In this document: one piece after another, positions 25,701-38,659 of the stretch
Layout of the letters: each line of letters starts with the position of its first letter
Position numbering within the stretch: position 1 is the stretch's first letter
Origin: Antedon mediterranea
Taxonomy: Eukaryota; Animalia; Echinodermata
DNA: 64,000 nucleotides
Direction: 5' to 3'
Assembly (NCBI RefSeq): GCF_964355755.1
Contig: NC_092674.1
Span: 27,342,001-27,406,000 of the forward strand
The notes under the pieces: generated by a model
Databases searched by the model: none
Seen by the model: only the letters and a program-made list of their open reading frames with translations
Told to the model about the DNA's origin: nothing
Translations under genes and position numbers: made by a program

Positions 25701-28275
25701 ACTGCTATTTATCTAAATTGACCTGGCATTTTAGTAAATTACTTTAGTAAATTACTTTCAATAAATCTATAATTATGTTATAATCATGAATCATTTCTAA
25801 TTCAAATGCAAAATGTGCAAAAATAGATCAAAAACTATACTCGTTTTGTAGTTACGAATATGACTGGTGATATTCGTCAACACGAAAACGCTTTACGAAT
25901 ATGAAATGGGGATCAGCTCAAAAGTTTCAGAATGTGTGACGTATCCGTTTTCGTTATCGTATTTGTCAGGTTGCAAAAAAAACTTTAACTACATTGTTGA
26001 AGGGGAGAGGAGAGGTTAAGACATGGATCCTAGGGGTTAATAGGAAGTGCCTGTATACCAGGCCTATACAGACACGGGAGGAGAGGGTTCCAGACAGCAA
26101 ACTTTTGGGTATACACAGACTTTGGGGGGGGGGGGGGGGGGGTCATATGAGCAAAGTACACTAGAATCAATACCTACTAACAGTATGTTTACCATCTTTA
26201 TTGAAATTTAAATTTTTTTAAATAATTAATTAATATTAAAACCATCAAATTGATTTCAAATTTCAATTATGATGATGATGCTGGTCTAAATATTAAAAAA
26301 ACAATTATTATTCTTAATTTTAATTTATTTCCATGATCATACTCACTAGGAATTATAGCGATATATTTTTGGTAATACTTTAAAATATTTATTTCATACA
26401 AAATTCATGATATTGGAAATGGTAAGTTCTTAAACTACTTTATATAATTAAATTGTTTATTCATTTTTTTGTTTATGCAAAATTATAAAATTGTCATTGA
26501 GAACATCTAATTGCTGGTTATTTTATTGTGAGTCTCATTGGATTACACATGTTCCAGGCATCAGGTTATAAAATCTTTATTTGTGTTAAAATAACTATAA
26601 CTTAGTTACTAGAAAACATAAATGTTTGATTTTCTTTATAAATTACAAAAAACTTTGTGAACTTAAAAAAACCTGCAAACTGCAACCTTGTTTTGAAAAT
26701 ATATATTTGTTTTTTGGTAATTCACACACGTAGAAATTTTCTAAAACAATGTCTGTTTATTTAATTTGCGAATCTGTTTATTTGGAATTGCTCACATCAA
26801 CTTTTAATGATAGCATAAATCAAAACACAATGGTTTTGCCAACCATTTATCATTAAATATATAATATTTAGACAGTATAATATCAAAAACCATTTTACTA
26901 CAAGATTGGAAACCATCTCCAGAGGGTAAAGTTTGACATATATTATCAATGAAACACCTCATTAGTAACAAATTACCAATACCACTGTGACTTGGTGCTT
27001 ATCAACTACTGCAATTCATATGCCATTTTTATAGCTCTGTCTACACTATAAACTAGTTTGACAAAAAGAGTGATGTGCCCAAATATGGTAGTATTATGAC
27101 ATCATCATATTCATATATGGGATTATCACATTTTTGTGTCACATAATGTTTGATAGTGTAGACAGAGCTTTAGAGCTTTACAAGAGGTTGCTTTCATACA
27201 GTAGTTCCATACCTCTGATTTACTAATTCATTGATAGATAATTTACAAGATAAGAAGAGGCTAGGTATCACTAAACAAAAATCATTTTTCTTATGTTCAA
27301 TATTACATTTCATATACCAAGACCCAGAACTAAATCTTCCCTAACTAGCTTGTCTATCATAATTTATATGTATTAAATGTTATATTGCAGGTACTAATAG
27401 TTTGTCTTTATTAGAAAAACCAGAACTAAATCTTCCCTAACTGACTTGTCTATCATAATATGCATTCAATGTTATATTTCAGGTACCTATAGTTTTGTCT
27501 TTATCAGAAGACCCAGATCTGAATCTTCCACTGGAACCACTAGTGTGGTCTCTAGCTTTTGGTGCTTGTCTTGGAGGCAACGGAACACTTATTGGAGCAT
27601 CGGCCAATGTTGTCTGTGCCGGTATAGCAGAGCAACATGGTTATAGGTTCTCATTTATTGAATTCTTTAAGTAAGTATTCATTTTTAAGGAAATGGGGAT
27701 GAGCGGTACTATACCATAGGAGCATGTGGTTTTACAATTCATTCTGCAAAAAGACTATTTGTCATACTGTGACAGTTTTAAGCCTGGGAAGTTTATTAAC
27801 TTTAAATTAAATTAAGATTTTTGATGAAGAATTATATTCTATGGCTTCACATAAGAAAAACAATTCTTTGAATTTGAAAATAAACACATCGCAAATTGAC
27901 ATTTATTTAGTACTTTGCAGAAACTTCAAACAGGCACAAATGCCATAAATATAAAATATTTTATATAGTTTAAATAAAAACATAGTAAGTTTAGGTTTAT
28001 AAGTGTCTTCCTTTTTATAAATATAATTTATTCCTTTCAAGTAATTATGGTTATAAATATAATTTTAAATTTATATATTGTTTTGTTAATGATCTTTTGT
28101 TATCTCATCTTAATGTTATTTGATTAACATTACAGCGCCATCATCTGTACATAAATTATATATTAATGCAATTTTTTTCAGAGTTGGATTTCCAATGATG
28201 TTGGTGACAACATTTACTGCGATGATATATCTACTAGTATGTCACCCCCTGCTAGGATGGAATGGTCCGGACTGA
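13797..28275 (+). CDS. OCA2: P protein / OCA2 (ArsB/NhaD-like melanosomal transporter), 18 coding exons, about 798 aa
   Basis: Exons: 13797-14014, 14268-14399, 16540-16597, 17656-17728, 18058-18319, 18782-18941, 19687-19824, 20012-20193, 20769-20907, 21490-21622, 21707-21851, 22159-22222, 22522-22633, 22912-23039, 23154-23213, 23703-23813, 27483-27670, 28182-28275. These join into one open frame. Motifs include [73 protein letters not shown] and [21 protein letters not shown]. An N-terminal EETPLL dileucine is present. The N-terminal exons are less certain. Confidence 0.95.
14597..14730. repeat. Degenerate minisatellite of about 30 bp, about 4.5 copies
   Basis: GTCCAGTTTTGGTGGGCTAG recurs across the interval. 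Confidence 0.75.
15583..16183. mobile_element. Kolobok-like non-autonomous DNA transposon
   Basis: TTAA lies on both sides (15579-82, 16184-87). The short imperfect TIRs AGACCCCTTCCCT / AGGGAATGGGGCT have RR...YY termini, and the interior is CpG-rich. Confidence 0.7.
17729..18057 (+). other. U12-type (minor spliceosome) GT-AG intron in OCA2
   Basis: The 5' splice site is GTATCCTTT. A branch-like TACTTAAC lies about 13 nt upstream of an AAG acceptor that lacks a long polypyrimidine tract. Splicing at these sites keeps the OCA2 frame. Confidence 0.85.
18510..18657. mobile_element. MITE family A copy
   Basis: Same TIRs and internal sequence. A more degenerate copy lies at about 19030-19150. 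Confidence 0.8.
21009..21086. mobile_element. Tiny hairpin MITE
   Basis: TIRs AGGGTCTTTCACAC / GTGTAAAAGACCCT. Confidence 0.55.
21139..21222. mobile_element. Tc1/mariner(pogo)-like MITE remnant
   Basis: CCCCTATTTAAGGGAACA...TGTCCCCTTAAAGGAGTAACTGTA. Related CCTATTCAGGGGACA segments occur at about 20430, 22690-22800, 42550, 53220-53740 and 54815-55010. Confidence 0.5.
22305..22410 (-). mobile_element. SINE central-domain remnant
   Basis: The reverse complement contains TGCCTCTCTCCACCCTGGTGTACAAATGGGAACCTG, a motif typical of invertebrate SINE central domains. Confidence 0.5.
24022..24190. mobile_element. MITE family A copy
   Basis: AAGCTCTGTCTACACTATCAAACT...AGTTTGATAGTTTAGACAGAGCC with TWA flanks. 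Confidence 0.85.
25473..25988. mobile_element. Non-autonomous TIR DNA transposon (about 500 bp)
   Basis: Inverted termini ...ACGAATACGATAACGAAAACGGATACGTCACGCA / TGTGTGACGTATCCGTTTTCGTTATCGTATTTGT.... The superfamily is uncertain. Confidence 0.75.
27033..27170. mobile_element. MITE family A copy
   Basis: Same TIRs and interior. Confidence 0.8.
27321..27530 (+). repeat. Tandem duplication (about 93 bp, about 2.3 units) of the OCA2 intron16/exon17 boundary
   Basis: CCAGAACTAAATCTTCC...AATGTTATATT(G/T)CAGGTAC...TAGTTT(T)GTCTTTAT is repeated, creating a second acceptor at 27389-27390. Confidence 0.85.
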
Positions 28276-28749
28276 TCTATGCCAATTGGCTGAGGCATCA
28301 CTAAATTTAGAACTTGTTACCCGATTGGTCAACTTGTTTTATATTGGACTTTATACCATGGACATCTGTAAATTAGATATACTGTAGGTATATGATTATA
28401 CCACTGTGGAACTGCAATTGTTTTTATTTGGAGAAAAACATGTTTTTTTAAAGTGTTTTTAAGACTCTTGAAAAAGGTTTGAACAGCAATCATTTTATGG
28501 TGTAATATTAAATTGTGTAATTTGACTTGAATGGAGTATTACCTATATAATTAATGAATTAAAATTACCTGTATAAATAGTAAATGTAATATTGATAATA
28601 TATGTACAGTATATTGAAATAATATAAATATATAGTGATGACCGATAAATATGAAAATGTTGACGATTTTGCTCGATACCAAATATATCCAAAATACAAA
28701 CTATACATGATACTGCAAAACTGGCCACATTCCATGCTTTTAAAAATAC

Positions 28750-28872
28750 AGAAAATGACTATAGAAAATGGCTATAGAAAATGGCTATAGAAAATGACTA
28801 TAGAAAATTGCTATAGAAAATGACTATAGAAAATGACTAAAATGACTATAGAAAATGGCTATAGAAAATGAC
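28750..28872. repeat. 13-bp minisatellite (GAAAATGRCTATA)n in or near the OCA2 3' UTR
   Basis: About 9 directly visible copies. Confidence 0.9.
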
Positions 28873-29958
28873 ATCAATGCAAGTCATGGTGTGAATGTTA
28901 ATAAATTATAGAAAATGGATACAAAATATGTAAAATAATAATAATTTAATTGTATATGATTTGTACAAAGAAAAATAAATTTAGCATTCCTGGCCTACAT
29001 TTATATTATAACCATGGAGAAATAATTCCATGTTTAACAGAATAAAAAAATACAGAGAATAAATAACAAGATATGCAGACGTAAATCTGTTGATACAGTA
29101 AGTCTTCAAATAACGAGACAATTCAAATATTGTCAATCAACTTGTTGGTAAACATACACATAAATCGTTTGTCACAAATATTGATAGAATCTCGTATTAT
29201 GTTATTAATTATTCTGATCAAACTGGACACGTATAATCACCTGCCCAGACCACTTGACTATTTAGTTTGGTAATTGAACCTGTGGGTAATTATCTGCAAC
29301 ATTGTAGCTTAATATCTTAATATAATTATACTATATTTACATTGAAACAGGCATTAGTGGTGCTTTATTTAAACAAATTTAATAAAATATTTACGATATA
29401 AATTTTATTTAAAATAAAATATGATTTTATATTTTAATTAGTATGTGCAATTAAGTAGCGCTGCTTTTTTAAAATCAGAAAATGAAATGTTTTAAAACGT
29501 TAAACGTTGGATCACCTACTGTAGGATATAGATTTACTAATTTTATTATTGGAGAATAAAATAAAGCAATAAAAGGTGGTTTATTGAAAATGTACAGTTT
29601 TGGTACACTTCTGTTTTTTAATGTTGCTTTCTCCGATTTGACTCTAAGAACTTAAGCCTGTTTCTCAAAGTTAAATGTAATTTTTCAATCTCGAGACTCC
29701 ACCTAGGCCGCCATGTACACGCAGGTTTGACGTGCGAGTGTCCTTAACAACTATGCAGTAGTTAGCCTTGGTCTTAAGATCAGGCCTAGCGTAACTGGTA
29801 GTTGCATGAACAACTAATTAATATTAAGAGAGGGCTTTTCGAGGGGATACTTTTAAAGGTTCAAAGTGAATTCACAGTACACACAAATCATTTTTGGTTA
29901 ACTTGAAATACAATTAAAAACGATTACTTACCAATGACGGCTGAGCATTTAGTTTGTT

Positions 29959-30150
29959 CTTCCATTTTCATTGGGAAAAAGTTTCTATATGACGTCATTC
30001 ATCGTCTGCTGAATTATGAAGAGTACACATGCGCATATTGATTTCTTGCATTTACTTTGTGCTTCCATTTTCATTGGAAAAAAGTTTAAATATGACGTCA
30101 TTCGCTGCGCTCATCTGCATTAAAGACTGAACATGCGCAGATTGATTTCT
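29959..30150. promoter_or_regulatory. Duplicated (about 103-bp period) CCAAT-CRE-NRF1-like motif module
   Basis: There are two copies of CATTGG..TGACGTCA (29990, 30093)..CATGCGCA (30028, 30132). Confidence 0.45.
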
Positions 30151-31949
30151 TTCTTAAATTGTCGCCTCCTTTCGTCTATCTACCCTCTTAAAATCGAAAA
30201 CTCATAGACAACGGAACTAAATCAAATGTGATTTTGATTTTCGATTGTATACACTTTCTGGGGCTGGGCTTGAGCATTACAATTTAAACCCTACTACACT
30301 AAATAACATAACCAACAACAAAACGGAAACGAGCTTTTTTTTTAAAATATAGGCCTAAAATAAAACACTTTTCATAAATGAATTTACTGTATTGAACTAC
30401 TTAGCGTGGGTATTGAACGTGAGAGAGGTAATATCTCTTTTGTACTAGAGCGTACATTACGTAATTTGTTCCATATTTTGATGACTAACCATTTCAGAAT
30501 TCTCCACAGTGCTTTATTGAAATACCATAAATCATGCTGCAGTTCAATACATGATGTTCAATAAGCCCTTTATCCTCATCTAGTCCTTCGTTCATTCATT
30601 CTTGAGTGCGTAAGCCCTTTAATTTTCAAAAACAAAATCCTCTCTCCATTTCAAATTTACTACTATCCATTGCTGCTGCTTCACTTGATATCAAGTACCG
30701 TATAAATTATGATGCAGTCAATTAAAATAAAGATATTTCATAATTGATAAAAATGAGTAACATATGACTACGTTTGATTGTGTTATCTATATTTTAGAAA
30801 GAGATGCTTTAATTATTGTGCACAATGTATACTGTACTTTTAATTGAAGCTCATGTTTGTTTGATTGCTTCGTTTTATTTATTATTTAGCATATACAAAT
30901 GCTTATTACTATTATTAGTAGACAAGTTTTAGTCGCAACAATTATAGCCAACGTCTTATAAGTCAAAGATGCTCTGGGTGGAATGTCATCCTGAGATGAG
31001 AGCGCGTCATCTTGTAGTAATTAGTCAGTACAGTTTATTTTTGTTACTTTATACGTAATTTTGCTGTCTATGGACCAGATATTCCGAAATAAATGAATGA
31101 ATTAATGTTAAAAATTTATTGCAAAGGTAGTAATAACACCAAGAAGTCCGCCAGGAGTAAAAAAAAAGGATCAAGAATCGTGATAAAGATCAGTCTTGTT
31201 TTGATGTTACCGCCTAGTAATGTGGGTTAAATGGTCTAAATGTGGTAAAGATCCGTCTTGTTAGTTTTGACATAGACCTACTAATAACAAAAGTGGTCCA
31301 GTATTGGGATCCTGGTACGGATTGCCTCCAAAATTGAATGGAGTCATACGTGACCACATTAGTTTAACTGTGGTAAAGATCTGTCTTTGTAATTTTGACG
31401 TCGACCTACGGTAAATAGTGCAGGTTTAGAATTGGTAATGATCTGTCTTATAGTTTTGAAATTATCCAGCTAAACGACATTTTGCTGTTCAACAAGTTCA
31501 AAGGTGTACAGAGAAAAATCTATATTTTAGAGAACTTTTAAAAACTAACAATTCGTGTTAATATACTACCGTTAGTGTTGTAACTAGACTGCAAACCTTC
31601 AAACAATATGAAACAATAAACATTTATAAGCATTTCAGTATAAAACTCACTTACCATTTCAAATTAAACACACATTGTCCCTTCCTACTGTATTAGGTAT
31701 TCTTTATAATATGTGTACCACACCTTGTAGAGTATGCAAATGAGTACATGGTTATGCAGATATCGAATCAGCAGGCCAATATTATAAATAAATACACGTT
31801 TTGCAAAGAAACCAGGTCATGACGTAATTAAACTTTTTGTCGATCATAATCATTATCTTAATTAAATCATCACATATTGTTATTGTAAATTTACGCCAAT
31901 TAATGGCATATTAATTAATTAATATGCGTACTTATGGCGTTTGCAATTA

Positions 31950-32012
31950 TACCCCTTTCACACCAAAAGCAAAACTCCGGAGACACTCCGGAGTTTTGGT
32001 GTGAAAGGGGTA
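31950..32012. mobile_element. 63-bp palindromic MITE with TTA TSD (Harbinger-like)
   Basis: TACCCCTTTCACACCAAAA...TTTTGGTGTGAAAGGGGTA is flanked by TTA on both sides. Confidence 0.75.
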
Positions 32013-32200
32013 TTAGTCTGGATGCATGTAATTTTGTGCAATATTTTACCCAATCAATGAATACGTTCCTAAATTTTTCTTACGTGTCTTAATTTGTTAT
32101 TGTCTAATTTTTATTATTACACACGTCTCATTAACATAATTTAGCTACTACTAAACTGTATGTCAACTTTATCTTAGCTTACGTGCTACAGTATTTTGAT

Positions 32201-32489
32201 TATCGTCATCATCAGTATCATTGTTAAATTTTCACCAGAAGACATTCGCGCGCACTATCGTCATCATCAGTGTCATTGTTAAATTATCACCAGAACACAT
32301 TCGCGCGCACTATCGTTATCATTAGTATCATTGTTAAATTATCACCAGAACACATTCGCGCGCACTATCGTTATCATTAGTATCATTGTTAAATTATCAC
32401 CAGAACACATTCGCGCGCACTATCGTTATCATTAGTATCATTGTTAAATTATCACCAGAACACATTCGCGCGCACTATCGTCATCATCA
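32201..32489. repeat. 55-bp minisatellite, about 5.3 copies
   Basis: Units start at 32201, 32256, 32311, 32366, 32421 and 32476. Confidence 0.95.
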
Positions 32490-33093
32490 CATCGTCTGCC
32501 CACACACATGTTATGCTTTTAGTGTCGATAGGCCTACATTAAGAAAGTAATGCGCGCCACACCGGTATACCATCATTAAAAAGACTCGTTGATCAAAACA
32601 ATACTTAATGACAAAAAGATAATTAACATTGTTTAATGTAACCTGCCGAACTATTTACACTCTAATGACAAAATAATGAGTTACTTTGTTGTTTTGCTGC
32701 AGATAAATGTACGACGTTATTCTTTAAATAAAGCACCGGTGGTGATTAGGGAAGCGAGCTAACCACTCCACGTGTGGTGTTGATAACCGTCTCTTAATCC
32801 TGACACAACTCATTGGCCGTATCACAACACAAATGCAAGTATCTTTAAATAATCCGTCACAACTTTCGCAAAGTATTACATGTTTTAATCACTTTGAAAG
32901 TTCGTCTAATTAGACTAACAAGTCACAGATATCTAGGTCTTTTCCGTTTGCAGTCAAAACAAAAGCGTCATTGTGCGTCAAATTACATCACCAACAAATA
33001 CCCCTTTTTTGACGCAGGCAACCTGGATTTGACAGCACGCGTTCAATTTTGTTACTCTTCGTGGTGGCATGCGCAGACGTAATAATGGTTCTA

Positions 33094-33257
33094 AAGCTTG
33101 GTTCCCTTCCAATAATTGTGTTTGCGCCCGCCTGCATGAAATCAAACCTGCGATTATTGCAGCACTGTTGCGTCGTCGGTTGCCACTTGTGATTACGCAA
33201 TATAGCACTTTGTGTCAATACGTCGCTGCGTTGCGTCGCTAGTGGGAACCACGCTTA
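33094..33257. mobile_element. MITE family C (shares TIR with family B, different interior)
   Basis: AAGCTTGGTTCCC...CCAATAATTGTGTTTGC...GAAATCAAACC...GTGGGAACCACGCTT. Other copies are at 34256-34458, 39316-39503 and 56218-56400. Confidence 0.8.
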
Positions 33258-33979
33258 AAAGCAGGGCTGGGTTACAACCTGTACCTTAAAAATATTTTAT
33301 TTTCGATTTCGTAAGTCTGTTGGATGGTGGCACATATCTAAGTATTATATATAGTATCTATTACTATAAATATAGGACATTTGTAACTCGATATCTGTTG
33401 ATTTGTAAATAAATAAAATTCAATTTCTTTAAAATGACCAATGCCATTGTGAGTATCAAGACTATCCAACTTATTTAGTTATATATTTATTATTATTTAT
33501 TGAAGAATGGCCAAAAAAGTATTGTCGAGAGATACGCGCATACAAAATGATACACGTACGTCACGTGATAAATGAAATTTGATACAATTGCATTTAAATA
33601 TTTGTTTTAAAACGAATTGAAAGATGGCATTTGTTTATAAAAAACTATGTTAATTGTGTCAACCTCTTGAAATAAACTCTGTGTTAAAAACATTTTCTGT
33701 CAGGCTAATTTATTAAAACATGACAAATACCTGAGTTGATCTTTACTCCCGCGGAAGATTACTTGATAATAATCGTCATCATAGGCTACGTCGTCGTAGA
33801 TGTCGTCGACGGCGAATCATCCTCTCGTCTTATCTTTAGTTGACGGACATGACCGTCGTTGTTACGGTACTGGCAGTCAGAAAGAAACAGGTGTACGTTT
33901 TGATTGTCGACGAAGCCACCACCGTTGATGTCTTCCAACGTTACTGCCGTTATCAACAAGTTCCCCAAACACTCCTAAA

Positions 33980-34124
33980 TCGCTGTCTACACTATCAAAC
34001 TTTAGGTGATACAAAATGTGTTGTGCCCATATATGGACATGATGATGTCATATCACTACTAAATTTAGGCATATCACTACCATATTTGGGCTCATCACAC
34101 TTGTTTGATAGTGTAGACAGAGCT
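33980..34124. mobile_element. MITE family A copy (reverse orientation)
   Basis: Same TIRs with a reverse-complement interior. Confidence 0.8.
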
Positions 34125-34535
34125 TTACGATGTTACTGTTAAAGATGAATATTGACGATACATACAAATAAAGAAAACAACTTAAAACTTGTGTGGTACT
34201 GTAGTGGTTTGAAAATATGATAGGCCTAAATTAAATATATTCAAAATACATTCAAAAGCTTGGTTCCAACTAGCTACGCAACGTAAGAAAATGCCCTTCC
34301 AATAATTGTGTTTGCCCCCGCCTGCGTGAAATCAAACCTACTATGTTTGCAGTATACTATTACGTCGTCGCTTCCCACTTGTGAATACGCAATACAGCAC
34401 TTTGCGTCGATACGTCGCTGTGTTACGTTGCGTAGCGATCAAGTGGGAACCACGCTTTAGATTGTGGTTACAGTGCTTGTCTTCCAATTCCAAAGTTCAA
34501 TCATGACGACGCATCTTTCTATTCCACTCTCCCTT

Positions 34536-34898
34536 AAGCGTGGTTCCCACTAGCGACGCAACGCAAGTACGTAACGCAAGGCAAGTAAATCGACCAATCA
34601 CAAACGATGGCTTATTCGCTTTTGATTGCTAACTGTCTATAACTTCGCTTGTCATTGGTTAAAACGCTTGCGTTGCGTTTACGTCCTTGCGTTACGTTCT
34701 AGTGGGAACCAAGCTTTAAGAGTGGTTCCCACTAGCGACGCAACGCAAGGACGTAACGCAACACAAGTAAATTGACCAATCACAAACGATGGCTTATTCG
34801 CTTGTGATTGCTAACTGTCTATAACTTCGCCTGTCATTGGTTAAAACGCTTGCGTTGCGTTTACGTCCTTGCGTTACGTTCTAGTGGGAACCAAGCTT
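34536..34898. mobile_element. Head-to-tail dimer of MITE family B (about 180 bp each; Harbinger/Tourist-like)
   Basis: Two near-identical copies, 34536-34715 and 34718-34898. TIRs are AAGC(G/T)TGGTTCCCACTAG / CTAGTGGGAACCAAGCTT with TWA junctions. Confidence 0.9.
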
Positions 34899-35825
34899 TA
34901 TCCCCAAATGAGATTTAGTTTATAAGCACAATTAATTATAGTTTATCCATACTGATTGTTGGATGCGTATACACATAATAAAACAAATATTTAAAAATGA
35001 ATGAATGAAAAGTATTTTAACATTACCTGTTACTATTTGATGTATTTTTGTTTTGTTTTATTGTCTTAATGATACCAAGCAAAACAATGTGGACCAATAA
35101 AATGTCTTGAATCTTGAATTCTGAACGTAATTTGATTACTTTTCGATATTGGTTTATATTAATTATCAACAGAAAAACGATATTTTTTTTGTTGGAAATG
35201 TATAGCATTGGGTTTGTAAAGATTGTATACCATCTTGATTTCAAAATTTCTTTCTACGAGAAAATAATCAGTTTTTCATTATAACACTATTTGTAAACAA
35301 GGTGACACGTTCACTACCCACTAATTATAGAGAGATATATGATTTCAATATAACGATGCATACTTGATTTTGTACCGTCTTCAAATACCAAATTGTTAAA
35401 ATAAATTGCAGAGTGTAATAAAAAATTGTATTAAACATTGTTTCATTACATGTTTGGCGTCAATTGGGCATTTTATTATATATAACTTTTTATATCGTTT
35501 AATATTTTGTTATTACTTGTCAATTTGTCGGTTATTTATGGCGTTTTTCTACGATTATTGTATTTTCTATAATTGGTTTATCTACAAGGTAATGATAAAT
35601 ATGCCATTATTGGTATGAATAAAAATTGAGTTTAATCCTGACGTGAAATCAGTAGGTGTGGTCAGGAACTCTTACGCTCTGTCTATACTATAACGTCATT
35701 TGCGTGACCAAGGCTACTGAAAATAGCCGAAACGTAGCAAGTAAGTACTTGGCAATTGGTTTATCAAAAAAAGTTAACATTTATTTTTAAATATCCATTT
35801 GAAACCAGATGAACATTTTTGGAGA

Positions 35826-35976
35826 AACTATCAAACTAGTTTGACAAAAAAAGTGTGATGTGCCTGAATATGGAAGAGGTATGTCTAAAAATATGGTAGT
35901 CATAATTATGATCATATCCATATATGGGCACATCACATTTTTTTGTCACATAAGTTTGATAGTGTGGACAAAGCTT
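35826..35976. mobile_element. MITE family A copy (left end truncated)
   Basis: ACTATCAAACTAGTTTGAC...AGTTTGATAGTGTGGACAAAGCTT. Confidence 0.75.
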
Positions 35977-36254
35977 TAAGGAATATAAAGTCTGCAGACG
36001 TGCTTTCATTACCTTCAAGTCAACATTTTTTTTATAAGATCTATTTTTCATTTCATCTTTATTTCACATTATATGACGTTTTTTGTTTGTTTATTTCGGC
36101 ACGCAGCCAAGTATAGTAAGAGTGAATGTTGCTGTCATGTACGACGGGGTGGTAATCCGTTTAACAGGAAAAACATAGGATGCAACAGAAGCAACGTGTT
36201 GAAAGTAGTCCTTAAGAGTCCAGGGTTTGAACATGCCGTGAGAAAAGATCCTGT

Positions 36255-36425
36255 GGCCGTATTCACATTCACACTTAGGCTAAGGGAGACACTTTAAATT
36301 TGAAAAAAAAAACCAAATTCCTGTCTAACTGAATACAAGGGAAATACTTAAATATTATTGAGTTAAGGGAAGAACTTAATATTTAAGGGAAATATCTCAC
36401 TTAAGTGTGATTGGTGAATACGGTT
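36255..36425. mobile_element. MITE-like inverted-repeat element
   Basis: GGCCGTATTCACATTCACACTTA / TAAGTGTGATTGGTGAATACGGTT. Confidence 0.55.
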
Positions 36426-37905
36426 ATGTATCTATTTTTGCATATCTCAGAGCAAACATGTATATTTTATATGCAAATGACAATAAATGGAAATAATTTT
36501 CCACTGATGAATGAATGAATGAATGTTAAGCACCCAAACCGTCTACACTGCACTCCGAAATATATATACAGTAGGCTAAACGCACAATTACAGCTCAGGT
36601 ACAAGCATGAATTTTGAACATAATATCTGGTTATTGTACATAAATCAAATATTTTTAATAGAAATCTAGACGAAAAAACATTAATTTCTCTTAAAATGGT
36701 AAAATACACAATTTGGCAAAATTCTGCTATAAAACCAAGAAGGCTTTTTTTCAGTAGTTAGGTAGGTTTAACCTAATGTAATAACATGTCTGGTGACTCC
36801 CTAGATGGTGAATAAAGATGGTGATAATATGGTGAATAATTTTTGCTATAGCATGAAAATAAAACTCTGAAGTGAAAAATACCAGCACCTGGTCTTTAAA
36901 GGAAAATGGAGTCTATTGAATCTCTGCACACGTTTCTAGGCGAAATTATTGCGTGTGCTAAAATGGCGTATCATTACATCTGTATAATTATACACAATAA
37001 GTGTTCAGTATGCTTTTGTTGAAAATGTATAGTGTAATAAGGTTGACTTTTATGATCTTTTTATTCATACCTCAGGGAAAATAAGATAATAAATCCATTG
37101 TTATCTTCAAATTTGTATGACTGATAGCAAATGGTTCGTTAAATATTGAGTACAGAATTCAAAAGGTTATTTTTACATTTACAAGTATTGAATTATTTAT
37201 TTCAGTGTATTAGGTTATTCGAAAGGCATGAATTACCGTACGAACTACGTCACGTATTAATAAGATTATATATTGGGATATAATAATTTTAAATATGTTT
37301 TTTTATTCAAAGGCAAAGTACTGAAAATGACAATGCCGTGAGTATCAGTGGCTGAATCTCAACGGTCTTGTATTATATAATGATTTATAAAATACTGTGA
37401 AATGATTACGTCACAGTTGAAAATAATGGTGTAATGTAAAAGTGTATTTGAATGTTTTTTTTTCATCTCATGTTTTCTGCTTTTAATTGTTCTCATACAT
37501 GTTATTGTAATTGTTTTTGACCAAATGAAGGAATGAATGAATGAATGAATGAATGGTCGAACAATTGTTATCGTTATCATCAATGCTTTTGTAACACATT
37601 TCTGAAAGAGTAACTAAATTAACTGATCATCTTGACTAATATTATATAACTTTCGATTCTTCAAGGGATAAGAGCATTTCAAAATTGGTAGTAGTACAAC
37701 GCACATTTTAATAGTGTGCTTGTTACTTTTTTGGATATTGATTTATTTTATAGTTTAAATGTATTTAAGGGTACATTTTTTTAATCTCTGTAATGTTCCA
37801 ATCTTTGTTTATGTTATTGTTGCTTATTTGAATTTATTATTATAGTTTATTATGTTTAGATTCAATCTGTTAGTGGCGGTTTCATCGCTGTTGGTTGTGA
37901 ACTGA

Positions 37906-38081
37906 ATAAAATAAATAAAATAAATAAAATAAATAAAATAAATAAAATAAATAAAATAAATAAAATAAATAAAATAAATAAAATAAATAAAATAAATAAA
38001 ATAAATAAAATAAATAAAATAAATAAAATAAATAAAATAAATAAAATAAATAAAATAAATAAAATAAATAAATAAAATAAA
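37906..38081. repeat. (AAATAAAAT)n 9-bp microsatellite
   Basis: Directly visible, nearly perfect array. Confidence 0.97.
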
Positions 38082-38659
38082 TTTCTACAGTATCACATGC
38101 GGCATGTGGCTTTTACTCTAACTTTAACCCAACCTATTCTTATGAAACAGCATCGCCTGTGACGAACATGTGACGGTGTATCATGGAACTTATAAGATTA
38201 GAAGATAAGAATTAAGATAACGGAGAATCGTTTGACTTTGTCGGCCGGTTGTACACTGAAGTTCTTCCGAGTAAACTACCACACTGACTGCGTACGTACG
38301 ACGTCTTCGCTGAGCTAATTTCACACAATATTAAGATTTAAAATTGACACTAATTGAACACTTTAATTAAACGCATCCTTGGCGCACATTAGGCAGGCCG
38401 CTAATGACTTGTACACCATTTTGAGAATTCTGAAAGCGAAGTTTATGTAACGCTTAAAATGGTTTGTTTAACTCGCTGTTGTAATTGTACGTTAAGATAC
38501 GCAGTCGGAATGAGTTTGTTTTCTTCGTTGTTACAGTATACGTATGATATAACAACTACATAACATCAAGGTTACTAATTAAACTGGAACATACATATAC
38601 AGATTTGTATAAAAATACGTGTATAATAAAATAAATATCTATGTTTTGTTGTATATTAC

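Noticed and set aside
32201-32489. CRISPR-like array (also considered for 48170-48608 and 49362-49855)
   Set aside because: The context is eukaryotic, the units are full-length tandem copies without unique spacers, and there are no cas genes.
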